Source: Deferribacterales bacterium (GTDB taxonomy: Bacteria > Chrysiogenota > Deferribacteres > Deferribacterales > Geovibrionaceae). Taken from it: a stretch of DNA of 64,000 nt. The DNA lies in NCBI GenBank assembly GCA_050251875.1, contig JBFWMA010000002.1, positions 160,001-224,000 of the forward strand. The letters are read 5' to 3'. The position numbers were made by a program, and so were the translations under genes. Shown here piece after piece: positions 1-8,565 of the stretch. Within the stretch, counting starts at the first letter, position 1. Every line of letters begins with the position of its first letter. The notes under the pieces were generated by a model, which was given only the letters and a program-made list of their open reading frames with translations, made no database searches and was not told where the DNA came from.

Positions 1-2
1 AG

Positions 3-2582
3 TCTCTGACCCATCCTTTTTACGTTATAGATGCCAATACATACGAGATAATTTTCGCCAACAAGGCCGCCTATGCCATAGGTGGAATGTCTGGCGGAAC
101 CTGCTATGAGCTGACGCATCATCAGGCTTTTCCGTGCAGCGGTCTGGAGCATCCTTGCCCGCTCCAGCTTGTGAAAAACACAGGAAAAGAGGTTACGGTG
201 GAGCATATTCACCTGCTTCCGGACGGTACGGAGGGCTTTTTCGAGGTCAGGGGATATCCTGTCTATGACTCATCCGGAAATCTCATCCAGATGATAGAAT
301 ATTCTCTGGACATCACCGACTGGAAGAGAAGCCAGAAAAATCTTCTGCACAGGCAGAGCATGCTGGAGGAGAAGATCACGGATTATTCCCGTCTCGTCAG
401 GGAAGAATCGGACATGAGGATGAAGGCGCAGGAAGTTATTCTTCAGAATGAGGGCAAGCTGGCGGGGATAATCAGAAACGTTTCTGAGATAATAGCCGTC
501 ATAAAAGGAAACGGACGGATAATCTATCTGAGCCCGTCCGCCGAAAGAAAGCTGGGATATTCCGCCATGTATGCCGAAGGCAAGATTTTCAGCGATTTCG
601 TTCACAGCGAAGACAGAAACTATGTGGAATACTGGCTGGATGACGCGGCGCAGTCCCGTGAAGAGATAAATACCACCGAATTCCGGCTGATAAGATCCGG
701 CGGAGACCCCATAATAGCCGAGGCGTCCGCCGTTAATATGCTTAACGATGACGATGTAGACGGGCTGGTGCTCTACATCAGGGATATCACCCTTAGAAAA
801 GCGGCGGAAAAAGAGATCAGGAAGATGGCTTCTGTGGTGGAATACAGCCCGGCGGGGATTTTCATCACGGATGCCGAGACCAATGTGGAATATGCCAACC
901 CGGCGTTCGAATCCTTCACAGGGTATCCTATGTCTGAGGTTCTAGGCAGAAAGACTTTTTTCATGGACAGCTTTGACATCAGCGGTTCATCCAATAAAAG
1001 CCTGAGAAAGCCGATGACACTGAAAAAGAAGAACGGGGAGACTGCGGACAAAGAGGTTCTCATTGTTCCTGTGCACAGCGACAGAGGACAGGTGATGAGC
1101 TATGTCTGCATGTTCGATATACAGAAAAGCGCTTCACAGGAAGGTCTTCTGTCATCGCAGAAACTGAAGTCCAGATTCCTTTCCATATTCTCCCACGAGG
1201 TGATGACGCCTCTGAACAGCGTGATGGGCTTTACCGATCTGCTCACGGAGACCGAGCTCACAGATAAGCAGAAAAAATATGCCGAAACGGTGAGAAAGAG
1301 CGCCACCGAGATTAAAAAACTATTTGAGACCGTGGCGGATATGGCGGCTCTGGAAAACGGCAGTCTGAGCGTTAATATCAGCCCTTTCAGGCTGAAACCG
1401 GAGATGGATACGCTGGCTGAGTTTTATTCCGCCATAGCGAAAGACAAGGGAATCGGTTTTGTATATAAATATGACGGCTCAATACCGGAATACATAAACG
1501 GCGACAGCATAAAGATAATCAGGATTCTGGAAGGTCTGCTGTCTAACGCCGTTAAGTTCACTGCGGACGGCGGGTCAGTCGCACTGAAAACAGAAAACGC
1601 TGACGGCGGGTCTGTGCTTTTTGAGGTTTCAGACACGGGGATTGGCATCTCAGAGAGCTATAAGGACAAGATATTCGAGTCATTCAGTCAGGAAGATTAC
1701 AGCGTTACCAGAAACTATGACGGAGCGGGAATTGGGCTGGCGTATGTAAAAAAACTGGTGAACGCCATGAACTCCGACATTATAGTGGAAAGCAGAAGAG
1801 GAGAGGGCTCGGTATTCAGCTTTACTCTGTATGCAGGGGCGGACGCTCAGGGCGGAAAGAAGACGGAAAAATTATACGGCAGGGCTCTTCTGGCGGACGG
1901 CTCCGATGAGGTGAAAAATATTCTCAGCTCAATAGGGCTCACCGTGGACATGGCTGAAGATGGCGAGAAAGCCGTGGAAAAGTTTCAGCACGAAAAATAT
2001 GACATAGTATTTCTCAATAAATCGCTCCCGGTGAAAGACGGCATCAGCGCCTCACTGAGTATCAGACAGTATGAACACTCCTCCATGAGACCGGCGGTGC
2101 CTGTGATACTGCTCACGCTGAAATCATATAAAGGCAGAGAGGGTGTGCTGAAAGATGCCGGAATAGACGGATTTGTTTCCCAGCCTTACACCAGGGATAA
2201 ATTCATGAATATATGTGAAACGCATATGCCGGAACAGGACGTTTCCGGAATCACTTTCGACTTCTCTCTGGAAAAAGTCTGCTCTGAAATAGGGCTGGAT
2301 AAAAAGGTGCTGAAGCCGATCCTGTATGAGTTTGTGGAACAGTCGGTGAAATCCGTTAATCAGGCGGAAAAGGCTCTGAGAGACGATAATCCGAAGCAGA
2401 ATAAAGACCTTCTTCAGTCTGTGCGGAGCACTGCGGGCAATTTCGGGTTAAATTCGGTTTGTCAGCTTCTGAAAAATATGGAAGAATCCGGCAGGAAGAA
2501 AGATATATCGGAATACAGAAATTATCACGCTCAGATATTGCTGTTTCTGAACCATGTGCTTGAGGAATTAAACGGGAGCTGA
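3..2582 (+). CDS. PAS-domain hybrid sensor histidine kinase (PAS repeats-HisKA-HATPase-REC-like-Hpt-like), 5'-truncated by window
   Basis: Frame is open from nt 3 (SLTHPFYVIDANTYEIIFAN, PAS-like). H-box SHEVMTPLN, N-box LLSNAVKFT, G boxes DTGIGI and GAGIGL. C-terminal REC-like and Hpt-like segments. Confidence 0.92.
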   Translation, partial: SLTHPFYVIDANTYEIIFANKAAYAIGGMSGGTCYELTHHQAFPCSGLEHPCPLQLVKNTGKEVTVEHIHLLPDGTEGFFEVRGYPVYDSSGNLIQMIEYSLDITDWKRSQKNLLHRQSMLEEKITDYSRLVREESDMRMKAQEVILQNEGKLAGIIRNVSEIIAVIKGNGRIIYLSPSAERKLGYSAMYAEGKIFSDFVHSEDRNYVEYWLDDAAQSREEINTTEFRLIRSGGDPIIAEASAVNMLNDDDVDGLVLYIRDITLRKAAEKEIRKMASVVEYSPAGIFITDAETNVEYANPAFESFTGYPMSEVLGRKTFFMDSFDISGSSNKSLRKPMTLKKKNGETADKEVLIVPVHSDRGQVMSYVCMFDIQKSASQEGLLSSQKLKSRFLSIFSHEVMTPLNSVMGFTDLLTETELTDKQKKYAETVRKSATEIKKLFETVADMAALENGSLSVNISPFRLKPEMDTLAEFYSAIAKDKGIGFVYKYDGSIPEYINGDSIKIIRILEGLLSNAVKFTADGGSVALKTENADGGSVLFEVSDTGIGISESYKDKIFESFSQEDYSVTRNYDGAGIGLAYVKKLVNAMNSDIIVESRRGEGSVFSFTLYAGADAQGGKKTEKLYGRALLADGSDEVKNILSSIGLTVDMAEDGEKAVEKFQHEKYDIVFLNKSLPVKDGISASLSIRQYEHSSMRPAVPVILLTLKSYKGREGVLKDAGIDGFVSQPYTRDKFMNICETHMPEQDVSGITFDFSLEKVCSEIGLDKKVLKPILYEFVEQSVKSVNQAEKALRDDNPKQNKDLLQSVRSTAGNFGLNSVCQLLKNMEESGRKKDISEYRNYHAQILLFLNHVLEELNGS

Positions 2583-3631
2583 TGATGGAATATATAGCTA
2601 AGATCGTTTCGGTGGATGACAACAGGCTTAATCTCCTGCTGATAGAATCCATGCTGGAAAGCATGAACGTAGCTATAACCAGCTTCACCGATCCTCTGAC
2701 TGCTCTTAAATTTATCCGGGAGAATCCGGCGGATATAATCCTCACCGATTATATGATGCCGGTGATGGACGGGGTTTCCTTCATTAAACATGTCAGAGAG
2801 ATAGACGCTGATATCCCTGTGGTGATGGTGACAGCCGTGGATGATGACGACAATGTGAAGATAGCCGCTCTTCAGGCGGGAGCATACGATTTTCTGTATA
2901 AGCCTCTGAAACTGTATGAGTTTCAGGTGAGGATAAAAAACCTGCTGAGCATGAGGCGAAACCAGCTCCTGCTGAAAGACAGAGCCGCTCTGCTTCAGGA
3001 CGAAGTTCTGACCGCCACCAAACAGATAGAACAGCGTGAGTTCGAGTCGCTCTCTATCATAGGTCGTGCCAGCGAATACAAAGACATGGAAACGGGCAAC
3101 CATATAAAAAGGGTTGCGCATTACTGCCGTGAGCTGGCGAGAGATCTGGGGTTGGATCAGGATTATATCAACACGCTCTTTTATTCATCTCCTCTGCACG
3201 ACATAGGCAAGATAGGCATACCGGACAGCATTCTGCTGAAGCCCGCCAGGCTGACCGACTCCGAGTTTGTCATCATGCAGCAGCACACGGTTATAGGTCA
3301 CGGCATCCTGAACGAGGCGGACGGCAAATATCTGAAAATGGGAGCGGAGATAGCCATATCTCACCACGAGCGGTGGGACGGAAGCGGATATCCGAAAAAG
3401 CTCTCCGGAGAGGATATACCCATCAGCGGACGGATCGTGGCTATCAGCGATGTCTTTGACGCTCTGATGTCCAAAAGACCCTACAAAGACAAATGGACAA
3501 CGGGCGAGACTATAGTTTATATCCAGAAAAACAGCGGAAAGATGTTCGATCCTGCTCTGGTGGCTTCTTTCGACAGGCTCCATGATGTCTTTATGGATAT
3601 CCTGAAAAGCTATGATGATTCAGGCGAATAA
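2582..3631 (+). CDS. Response regulator with HD-GYP cyclic-dinucleotide phosphodiesterase domain (RpfG-like)
   Basis: REC motifs VDDN and LTDYMMP; LHDIGK and HHERWDGSGYP; overlaps kinase stop codon. Confidence 0.93.
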   Translation: MMEYIAKIVSVDDNRLNLLLIESMLESMNVAITSFTDPLTALKFIRENPADIILTDYMMPVMDGVSFIKHVREIDADIPVVMVTAVDDDDNVKIAALQAGAYDFLYKPLKLYEFQVRIKNLLSMRRNQLLLKDRAALLQDEVLTATKQIEQREFESLSIIGRASEYKDMETGNHIKRVAHYCRELARDLGLDQDYINTLFYSSPLHDIGKIGIPDSILLKPARLTDSEFVIMQQHTVIGHGILNEADGKYLKMGAEIAISHHERWDGSGYPKKLSGEDIPISGRIVAISDVFDALMSKRPYKDKWTTGETIVYIQKNSGKMFDPALVASFDRLHDVFMDILKSYDDSGE

Positions 3632-3726
3632 CGTATCTGTTAAATATTTTTCATAATCGGACAGTTTTTGTCTTGACAATAATTCAAATAACTATTATTA
3701 ATATTCTTAATCCTAATACAGAAACC

Positions 3727-3786
3727 CTATAGTATAGCAACAAACATTGTCTGGACTGCCGGGCGGAGAAACACAATAGTCTTCAT
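3727..3786 (-). CDS. Candidate 19-aa hydrophobic small peptide MKTIVFLRPAVQTMFVAIL
   Basis: Minus-strand AAGGAGG (3803-3797) lies 10 nt before ATG 3786; TAG at 3729-3727. Not in ORF track. Confidence 0.4.
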   Translation of the reverse strand: MKTIVFLRPAVQTMFVAIL

Positions 3787-3881
3787 ACAACAACAACCTC
3801 CTTATTCCGCCCGGTTTCCTTTCAATCCAGCCTTTTAACATCACCTCTTTTGTAGTATATTGGCTCCTGACGGAGGATGCC

Positions 3882-4433
3882 ATGAACAGAGAAGAAGCCT
3901 ACACACTGCTGACAGAATACACCAAGTCCGATTCGCTGATTAAGCACGCTCTGAGCGTTGAACAGGCTATGCGGTCATACGCCGTAAAATTCGGTGAAGA
4001 CGCCGAAAGATGGGGCGTGGCGGGTCTTCTGCATGATTTTGACTATGAAAAATACCCCACGCTGGACGACCACCCCTTTAAGGGGGTAGAAATCCTGAAA
4101 GGTCTCGGATATCCGCAGGATATTCTGGACGCTATTCTGGGACACGCCAGACACACAGATGTAATTAGGGAGACCATGATGGCAAAAACCTTGTTCGCTG
4201 TGGATGAGCTGTGCGGTTTTCTGCTCGCCTGCGCTTATGTGCGTCCGGATAAGTCCATAGCCAATGTTGAGGTGAAGAGTGTTAAGAAAAAGCTGAAGGA
4301 CAAGGCGTTCGCCAGAGCTGTCAGCCGTGATGATATAGAGCAGGGGATAGAAGAGATGGGAGTGGACAGAGACGAGCACATCGCTTTTGTTATCGCCTCG
4401 CTGTCTGAAATCTCGGACAAGCTGGGCGTATGA
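3882..4433 (+). CDS. HD/HDIG-domain metal-dependent hydrolase
   Basis: IKHAL...GLLHDFDYE...ILGH motifs; GGAGG RBS upstream. Confidence 0.85.
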   Translation: MNREEAYTLLTEYTKSDSLIKHALSVEQAMRSYAVKFGEDAERWGVAGLLHDFDYEKYPTLDDHPFKGVEILKGLGYPQDILDAILGHARHTDVIRETMMAKTLFAVDELCGFLLACAYVRPDKSIANVEVKSVKKKLKDKAFARAVSRDDIEQGIEEMGVDRDEHIAFVIASLSEISDKLGV

Positions 4434-5191
4434 ACACTCTGACTCCGGTCACTCTGTCTGACGGACTGATAGTCGAGACGGTGTGGTATCCATACGGCAC
4501 ATTGTGCATATCTTCTCAGGCGGGGTGCCGGATAGGCTGTCCGTTCTGCGCCTCAGGCAGGAAGGGACTTGTCCGCAGTCTGACGTGCGAAGAGATGATG
4601 GTTCAGGCAAAAACAGCGGAGGCAAAACGCATAACCATATCTGGAATTGGCGAGCCTCTGGATAACTTTATCGCCGTGAAGGAATTTATAGAGAGATCAG
4701 AGCTTCCGGCGGCGGTGACAACCACAGCCTGTTCGTTTCTGGTGAAAGACCTGCTGATGCTGAACCACAACGGGGTGATGATATCAGTGCACGCCGGCAC
4801 GGAAACTGCGCATAAAAAGCTGATACCTAACACCAGACCGCTAAAGGATATATACGATGACATAGCTCAGGTGTGGGACACCATGTCCGTGAGATCCAGA
4901 AAAAAGCTGGGGTTTAATTATCTGCTGGTGGAGGGCGTAAACGACAGCTATGCCGAGATAGACGCCCATATTGAAAATATGGGAAGATTTCCTCAGGCAT
5001 CCACCCATCTTCTGATTCTGAACCATGTGGACAAATCACCGTATAAGAGCCCGCCGAGGGAGAAATATGACGAAATATATGAATATATGCGGTCAAAAGG
5101 GCTGAATGTGAGACGGGCAAACCAGTGGCGCAGGAAAGACTTAGGCGGTTGCGGGACACTATGGCTGAAGAGTCTGGAAGAAAAATGTTGA
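4430..5191 (+). CDS. Shortened RlmN/Cfr-like radical SAM protein
   Basis: TLCISSQAGCRIGCPFCASG (CxxxCxxC), SGIGEP and C-terminal GGCGTL; only 253 aa. Confidence 0.8.
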   Translation: MNTLTPVTLSDGLIVETVWYPYGTLCISSQAGCRIGCPFCASGRKGLVRSLTCEEMMVQAKTAEAKRITISGIGEPLDNFIAVKEFIERSELPAAVTTTACSFLVKDLLMLNHNGVMISVHAGTETAHKKLIPNTRPLKDIYDDIAQVWDTMSVRSRKKLGFNYLLVEGVNDSYAEIDAHIENMGRFPQASTHLLILNHVDKSPYKSPPREKYDEIYEYMRSKGLNVRRANQWRRKDLGGCGTLWLKSLEEKC

Positions 5192-5216
5192 CTTTGTTTA
5201 CATAATCAGGCAATAT
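5188..5216 (+). promoter_or_regulatory. Putative sigma70 promoter of trp leader
   Basis: TTGACT (5188-5193), 17 nt, CAATAT (5211-5216); leader ATG at 5223. Confidence 0.5.
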
Positions 5217-5222
5217 CACTCC

Positions 5223-5285
5223 ATGAATACTAATAACGTAATTACAACTGTTAAAAATTGGTGGTGGCGTTCAACTTCTATATAA
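5223..5285 (+). CDS. trpL: trp operon leader peptide MNTNNVITTVKNWWWRSTSI
   Basis: Three consecutive TGG codons (5259-5267) in a 20-aa ORF upstream of terminator hairpins and trpE. Confidence 0.92.
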   Translation: MNTNNVITTVKNWWWRSTSI

Positions 5286-5314
5286 GAGGTTTTCGCCATG
5301 AGTTTGTGTATAAC

Positions 5315-5345
5315 AGCCGTGCGGTGAAAACCGCACGGCTTTTTT
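5315..5345 (+). terminator. Attenuator terminator T1
   Basis: AGCCGTGCGGT-GAAA-ACCGCACGGCT followed by T run. Confidence 0.9.
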
Positions 5346-5357
5346 GTTGCCTTACAG

Positions 5358-5391
5358 GGCCGTGTTATAAAATAACACGGCCTTTTTTTTT
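5358..5391 (+). terminator. Attenuator terminator T2
   Basis: GGCCGTGTTAT-AAA-ATAACACGGCC followed by T9. Confidence 0.88.
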
Positions 5392-5400
5392 GAAATTATA

Positions 5401-5524
5401 CGGCGGCATATAAAATGCCGCCCTACAAAAGGCAGAAACACCAGCCATAAGTAGGGCGGGGTTTTATCGCAAGCGAGGAGCAGAAACACCCGCCACAAGT
5501 AGGGCGGGGTTTTATACCCCGCCG
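5401..5524. repeat. Cluster of GTAG-type REP-like palindromes
   Basis: Inverted copy at 5401-5426 (rc GTAGGGCGGCATTTTATATGCCGCCG); forward GTAGGGCGGGGTTTTAT at 5451 and 5499; 36-nt direct repeat with 48-nt period (5432-5467 / 5480-5515). Confidence 0.75.
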
Positions 5525-5559
5525 AAAAAAAAAGAGAATAATTAATAAGGAGATTATAA

Positions 5560-7020
5560 ATGAAACAGAGCATCTATCCGGACAAAGAGACCTTTCTAAG
5601 CCTCGCCGGACAATATGACAGAATCACCGTTTATCGTGAGATAATGGGCGACACGTTCACCATCATCGGTCTTCTGCGGAATTTTTCAGCCGAGAAATAC
5701 ATGTTTCTGCTGGAGAGCGCCAATCTGGACAAGACTTTTTCCAGATTTTCCTTCTTCGGCAACAATCCTAAACGTGTCATCACATTCGAAAACAACACCG
5801 TCACTGAGATTTCCGGAAGCAAAAAGAAGACTTTTTCCATGAACCCCATGACATATATGGGGCAGGAGTTCTACAGCGAAAAAGGATACAACGATGGCAA
5901 ATTCGGCGATTTCTCCGGAGGATACGCCGGGTATTTCTCCTATGAGTCCATCAACTATATGGACATCCTGAAAAAGCCCGTGAAATGCGGTTCAAAGAAC
6001 CGTCTGGTGGGCTTCATGGAAGTGGACGAGTTCTATGTGTTCGACAACCACCTGTCCAAGGTCTACGCCGCCGTAAGCGTCCGCACCGACAACCCCGAGG
6101 AAGCGTATGAAAAAGCGCTGAAACGCACCCAGAAGATGAGTGTGGAGGTGCACAGGCTGAACTTCGATAACTATGATTCCGACACCGACTGCGAACTGGT
6201 TCGCGACATGGAAAAGGACGAGTACATGCGTTGTGTGGAGCAGGTGAGAGAGGAGATAACCAACGGTGAGGCGATTCAGGTTGTTGTGTCCAACGCTTAC
6301 AGGCTGAAGGGCAGGATAAACCCCCTGAGCCTCTACAGAGCCCTGCGCAATATCAACCCCTCGCCCTATATGTTTTATCTGAAATTCGGCGATGATGTCC
6401 TGCTGGGGGCATCACCCGAAATACACCTTAAGATCACCAACAGGGTAGCCACCTTAAAACCCATAGCCGGAACTTATCCCATCACGGATGACATAGAGGC
6501 GGCTAAACAGGCTCTTCTGGCTGATACAAAAGAGTGCGCCGAACACCTGATGCTGCTCGATCTCGCCAGAAACGACCTCTACACCTGCTGTAAGCCGGAG
6601 AGCGTGAAGGTGGTATCAAACTTCATTCCGGAAGTTTACAGCCACGTCATACACATAGTGAGCGAGGTGGAGGGTGTTCTGGAAGACGACAAGAGCCCGC
6701 TGGAGCTCTTCATGAAGAGCTTTCCCGCCGGAACAGTCTCAGGCGCTCCGAAGGTGAGGGCAATGGAGCTGATAGATCAGTATGAAAAATCCGAGCGTGG
6801 ATTTTACGCCGGATGCGTGGGTTACTTCGGCTACAGCGGAAACATGGACTGCTGTATCACCATCAGAAGCGCCTATGTAACACCGAAAGAGACCACACTC
6901 AGAGCCGGAGGAGGAATAGTCTATGACTCAACCCCGGAGAAAGAGTTCAAAGAAGTGGAAAACAAACTGGGCGCTCTTTTCGCCGCCTACAGAAGCATAG
7001 ATTCGCTGGAGGGAAGATAA
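5560..7020 (+). CDS. trpE: Anthranilate synthase component I
   Basis: LLES, NPSPYM, SPE, PIAGT, AEHLMLLDLARND, FPAGTVSGAPK motifs. Confidence 0.96.
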   Translation: MKQSIYPDKETFLSLAGQYDRITVYREIMGDTFTIIGLLRNFSAEKYMFLLESANLDKTFSRFSFFGNNPKRVITFENNTVTEISGSKKKTFSMNPMTYMGQEFYSEKGYNDGKFGDFSGGYAGYFSYESINYMDILKKPVKCGSKNRLVGFMEVDEFYVFDNHLSKVYAAVSVRTDNPEEAYEKALKRTQKMSVEVHRLNFDNYDSDTDCELVRDMEKDEYMRCVEQVREEITNGEAIQVVVSNAYRLKGRINPLSLYRALRNINPSPYMFYLKFGDDVLLGASPEIHLKITNRVATLKPIAGTYPITDDIEAAKQALLADTKECAEHLMLLDLARNDLYTCCKPESVKVVSNFIPEVYSHVIHIVSEVEGVLEDDKSPLELFMKSFPAGTVSGAPKVRAMELIDQYEKSERGFYAGCVGYFGYSGNMDCCITIRSAYVTPKETTLRAGGGIVYDSTPEKEFKEVENKLGALFAAYRSIDSLEGR

Positions 7021-7580
7021 TGTTCTTACTGATAGATAATTACGATTCATTTTCATATAACCTGTTCGCTCTGTTCAGGCTGGCAGGGGCGAAGATAGAC
7101 GTTATCCGCAACACAGAGTTTAAGCCGGCGGACGGGTATAAAGGAATAATCCTTTCACCCGGACCCTCAAGCCCGGAAAATTCAGGCACCACGCTGAAAT
7201 ATCTGGAGATGTACACAGGCAAAATACCCATGATGGGCGTTTGTCTGGGCATGCAGAGCATGGCTTATCATCTGGGATATAAAGTGCGCAAGGCGAAGAC
7301 AGTGATGCACGGCAAGGCGGACGACATCGTGAGCGTGAAACCGTCAAAGATATTCGCAGGTATTCCGGAGACTTTTTCGGCTATCCGCTATCACTCTTTG
7401 GCGGCGGACGTGCCGGACAGCATCAAGATAGCCGTGGCAAAATCAGACGGCGAGTGCATGGGCATGGAGGACGAGGCTAACAAGCTCTATGGAGTGCAGT
7501 TTCACCCTGAGTCTATCCTCAGCGGATACGGGGACGTAATGGCTAAAAACTTTATGAATATATGCGGAGTGACAAAATGA
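7020..7580 (+). CDS. trpG: Anthranilate synthase component II (glutamine amidotransferase)
   Basis: IDNYDSF, SPGP, GVCLGMQ, RYHSL, QFHPES. Confidence 0.95.
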   Translation: MFLLIDNYDSFSYNLFALFRLAGAKIDVIRNTEFKPADGYKGIILSPGPSSPENSGTTLKYLEMYTGKIPMMGVCLGMQSMAYHLGYKVRKAKTVMHGKADDIVSVKPSKIFAGIPETFSAIRYHSLAADVPDSIKIAVAKSDGECMGMEDEANKLYGVQFHPESILSGYGDVMAKNFMNICGVTK

Positions 7581-8563
7581 GCGCAGATATAATCAAAAAA
7601 ACAGGGATGGGCGAAAGCCTGAATTTTGAGGAGACTTACAGCGTTTTCATCGACATGATGGAAGGAAAGCTGGAAGAGGCGGAGATAGCCTCTATCCTGA
7701 TCTCCATGCGCCTCAGAGGCGAGACGGTGGAAGAAATAGCGGGCGCCGCCCGTGCCATGAACGAGAAAAAGATCGTTTTCGAAACAGATATGCCCGTGTA
7801 TGACACATGCGGAACAGGCGGCAGCGGCAAGAGCACCATGAACGTGTCCTCCGCCGTGGCGGTGCTTCTTTCCGCCATGGATTATCCAGTGGTGAAACAC
7901 GGTAACAGAGCCGTGAGCGGCGTGGTCGGCTCAGCCGATATGTACGAGATGTGCGGAGTGCCTGTGAACAGCGACAAGGAACAGATGACCGCCTATTTCA
8001 AAAAGAATAATTTCGCTTTTCTCTTCGCCCCGATGTACCATCCGGCGCTGAAATACGCAGGAGCCGTGCGAAAGAAGCTGAGAGTACCCACTATGTTCAA
8101 CTTTCTCGGACCGCTCGCCAACCCGGCGAACATCGGCGGACAGATAGTCGGTATGCCTTTCAGGGACAAGCTGGCTATTCTGGCGGAGAGTCTTCTCCTT
8201 CTGGGGCGTGACAAGGTGGCTATCTATTCGTCTCTGGACGGATACGATGAGATATCATCATTCTCGCCCACAGAGATACACGAGGTCACAGGCGGCAGGA
8301 TAATCAAGCATTACATCAATCCTTCAGAATTTTTCATGCCTTTTCAGATGCCTGTGGTAAAAACATCTGAAGATGCTGTAAAATTTTTCAACGCCGCAAT
8401 ATCGCCTGACGGCGGAAACTATTCCAAGCTGGTGGCGCTGAACGCCGGGCTGGCTCTGGCTGTTTTCGAAAAGGCGGACAGCGTGAAGGACGGCTATGGA
8501 ATGGCTATGGAAGCCATACAGAGCGGAAAAGTTCTGGAAAAACTGAACAGCTTAAAAGGATAA
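7577..8563 (+). CDS. trpD: Anthranilate phosphoribosyltransferase
   Basis: DTCGTGG, KHGNR, FNFLGPLANP, GYDE; start taken at ATGA overlap 7577. Confidence 0.95.
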   Translation: MSADIIKKTGMGESLNFEETYSVFIDMMEGKLEEAEIASILISMRLRGETVEEIAGAARAMNEKKIVFETDMPVYDTCGTGGSGKSTMNVSSAVAVLLSAMDYPVVKHGNRAVSGVVGSADMYEMCGVPVNSDKEQMTAYFKKNNFAFLFAPMYHPALKYAGAVRKKLRVPTMFNFLGPLANPANIGGQIVGMPFRDKLAILAESLLLLGRDKVAIYSSLDGYDEISSFSPTEIHEVTGGRIIKHYINPSEFFMPFQMPVVKTSEDAVKFFNAAISPDGGNYSKLVALNAGLALAVFEKADSVKDGYGMAMEAIQSGKVLEKLNSLKG

Positions 8564-8565
8564 AC

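Larger units (their letters stand above)
5264..5391 (+). promoter_or_regulatory. Transcription attenuator: pause hairpin, antiterminator and two tandem terminators
   Basis: 1:2 helix GTGGCG/CGCCAT plus AACTTCT/AGAGGTT; 2:3 helix GGTTTTCGCC (5288-5297) / GGTGAAAACC (5323-5332); two terminators follow. Confidence 0.88.

Noticed and set aside
5186..5232. Selenocysteine read-through at TGT-TGA ending the radical SAM gene
   Set aside because: No convincing SECIS-like hairpin follows; the sequence is better explained as the trp promoter.
5352..5573. 73-aa minus-strand ORF with repeated KTPPYLW
   Set aside because: Translation of the REP direct repeats; antisense to the trp leader.
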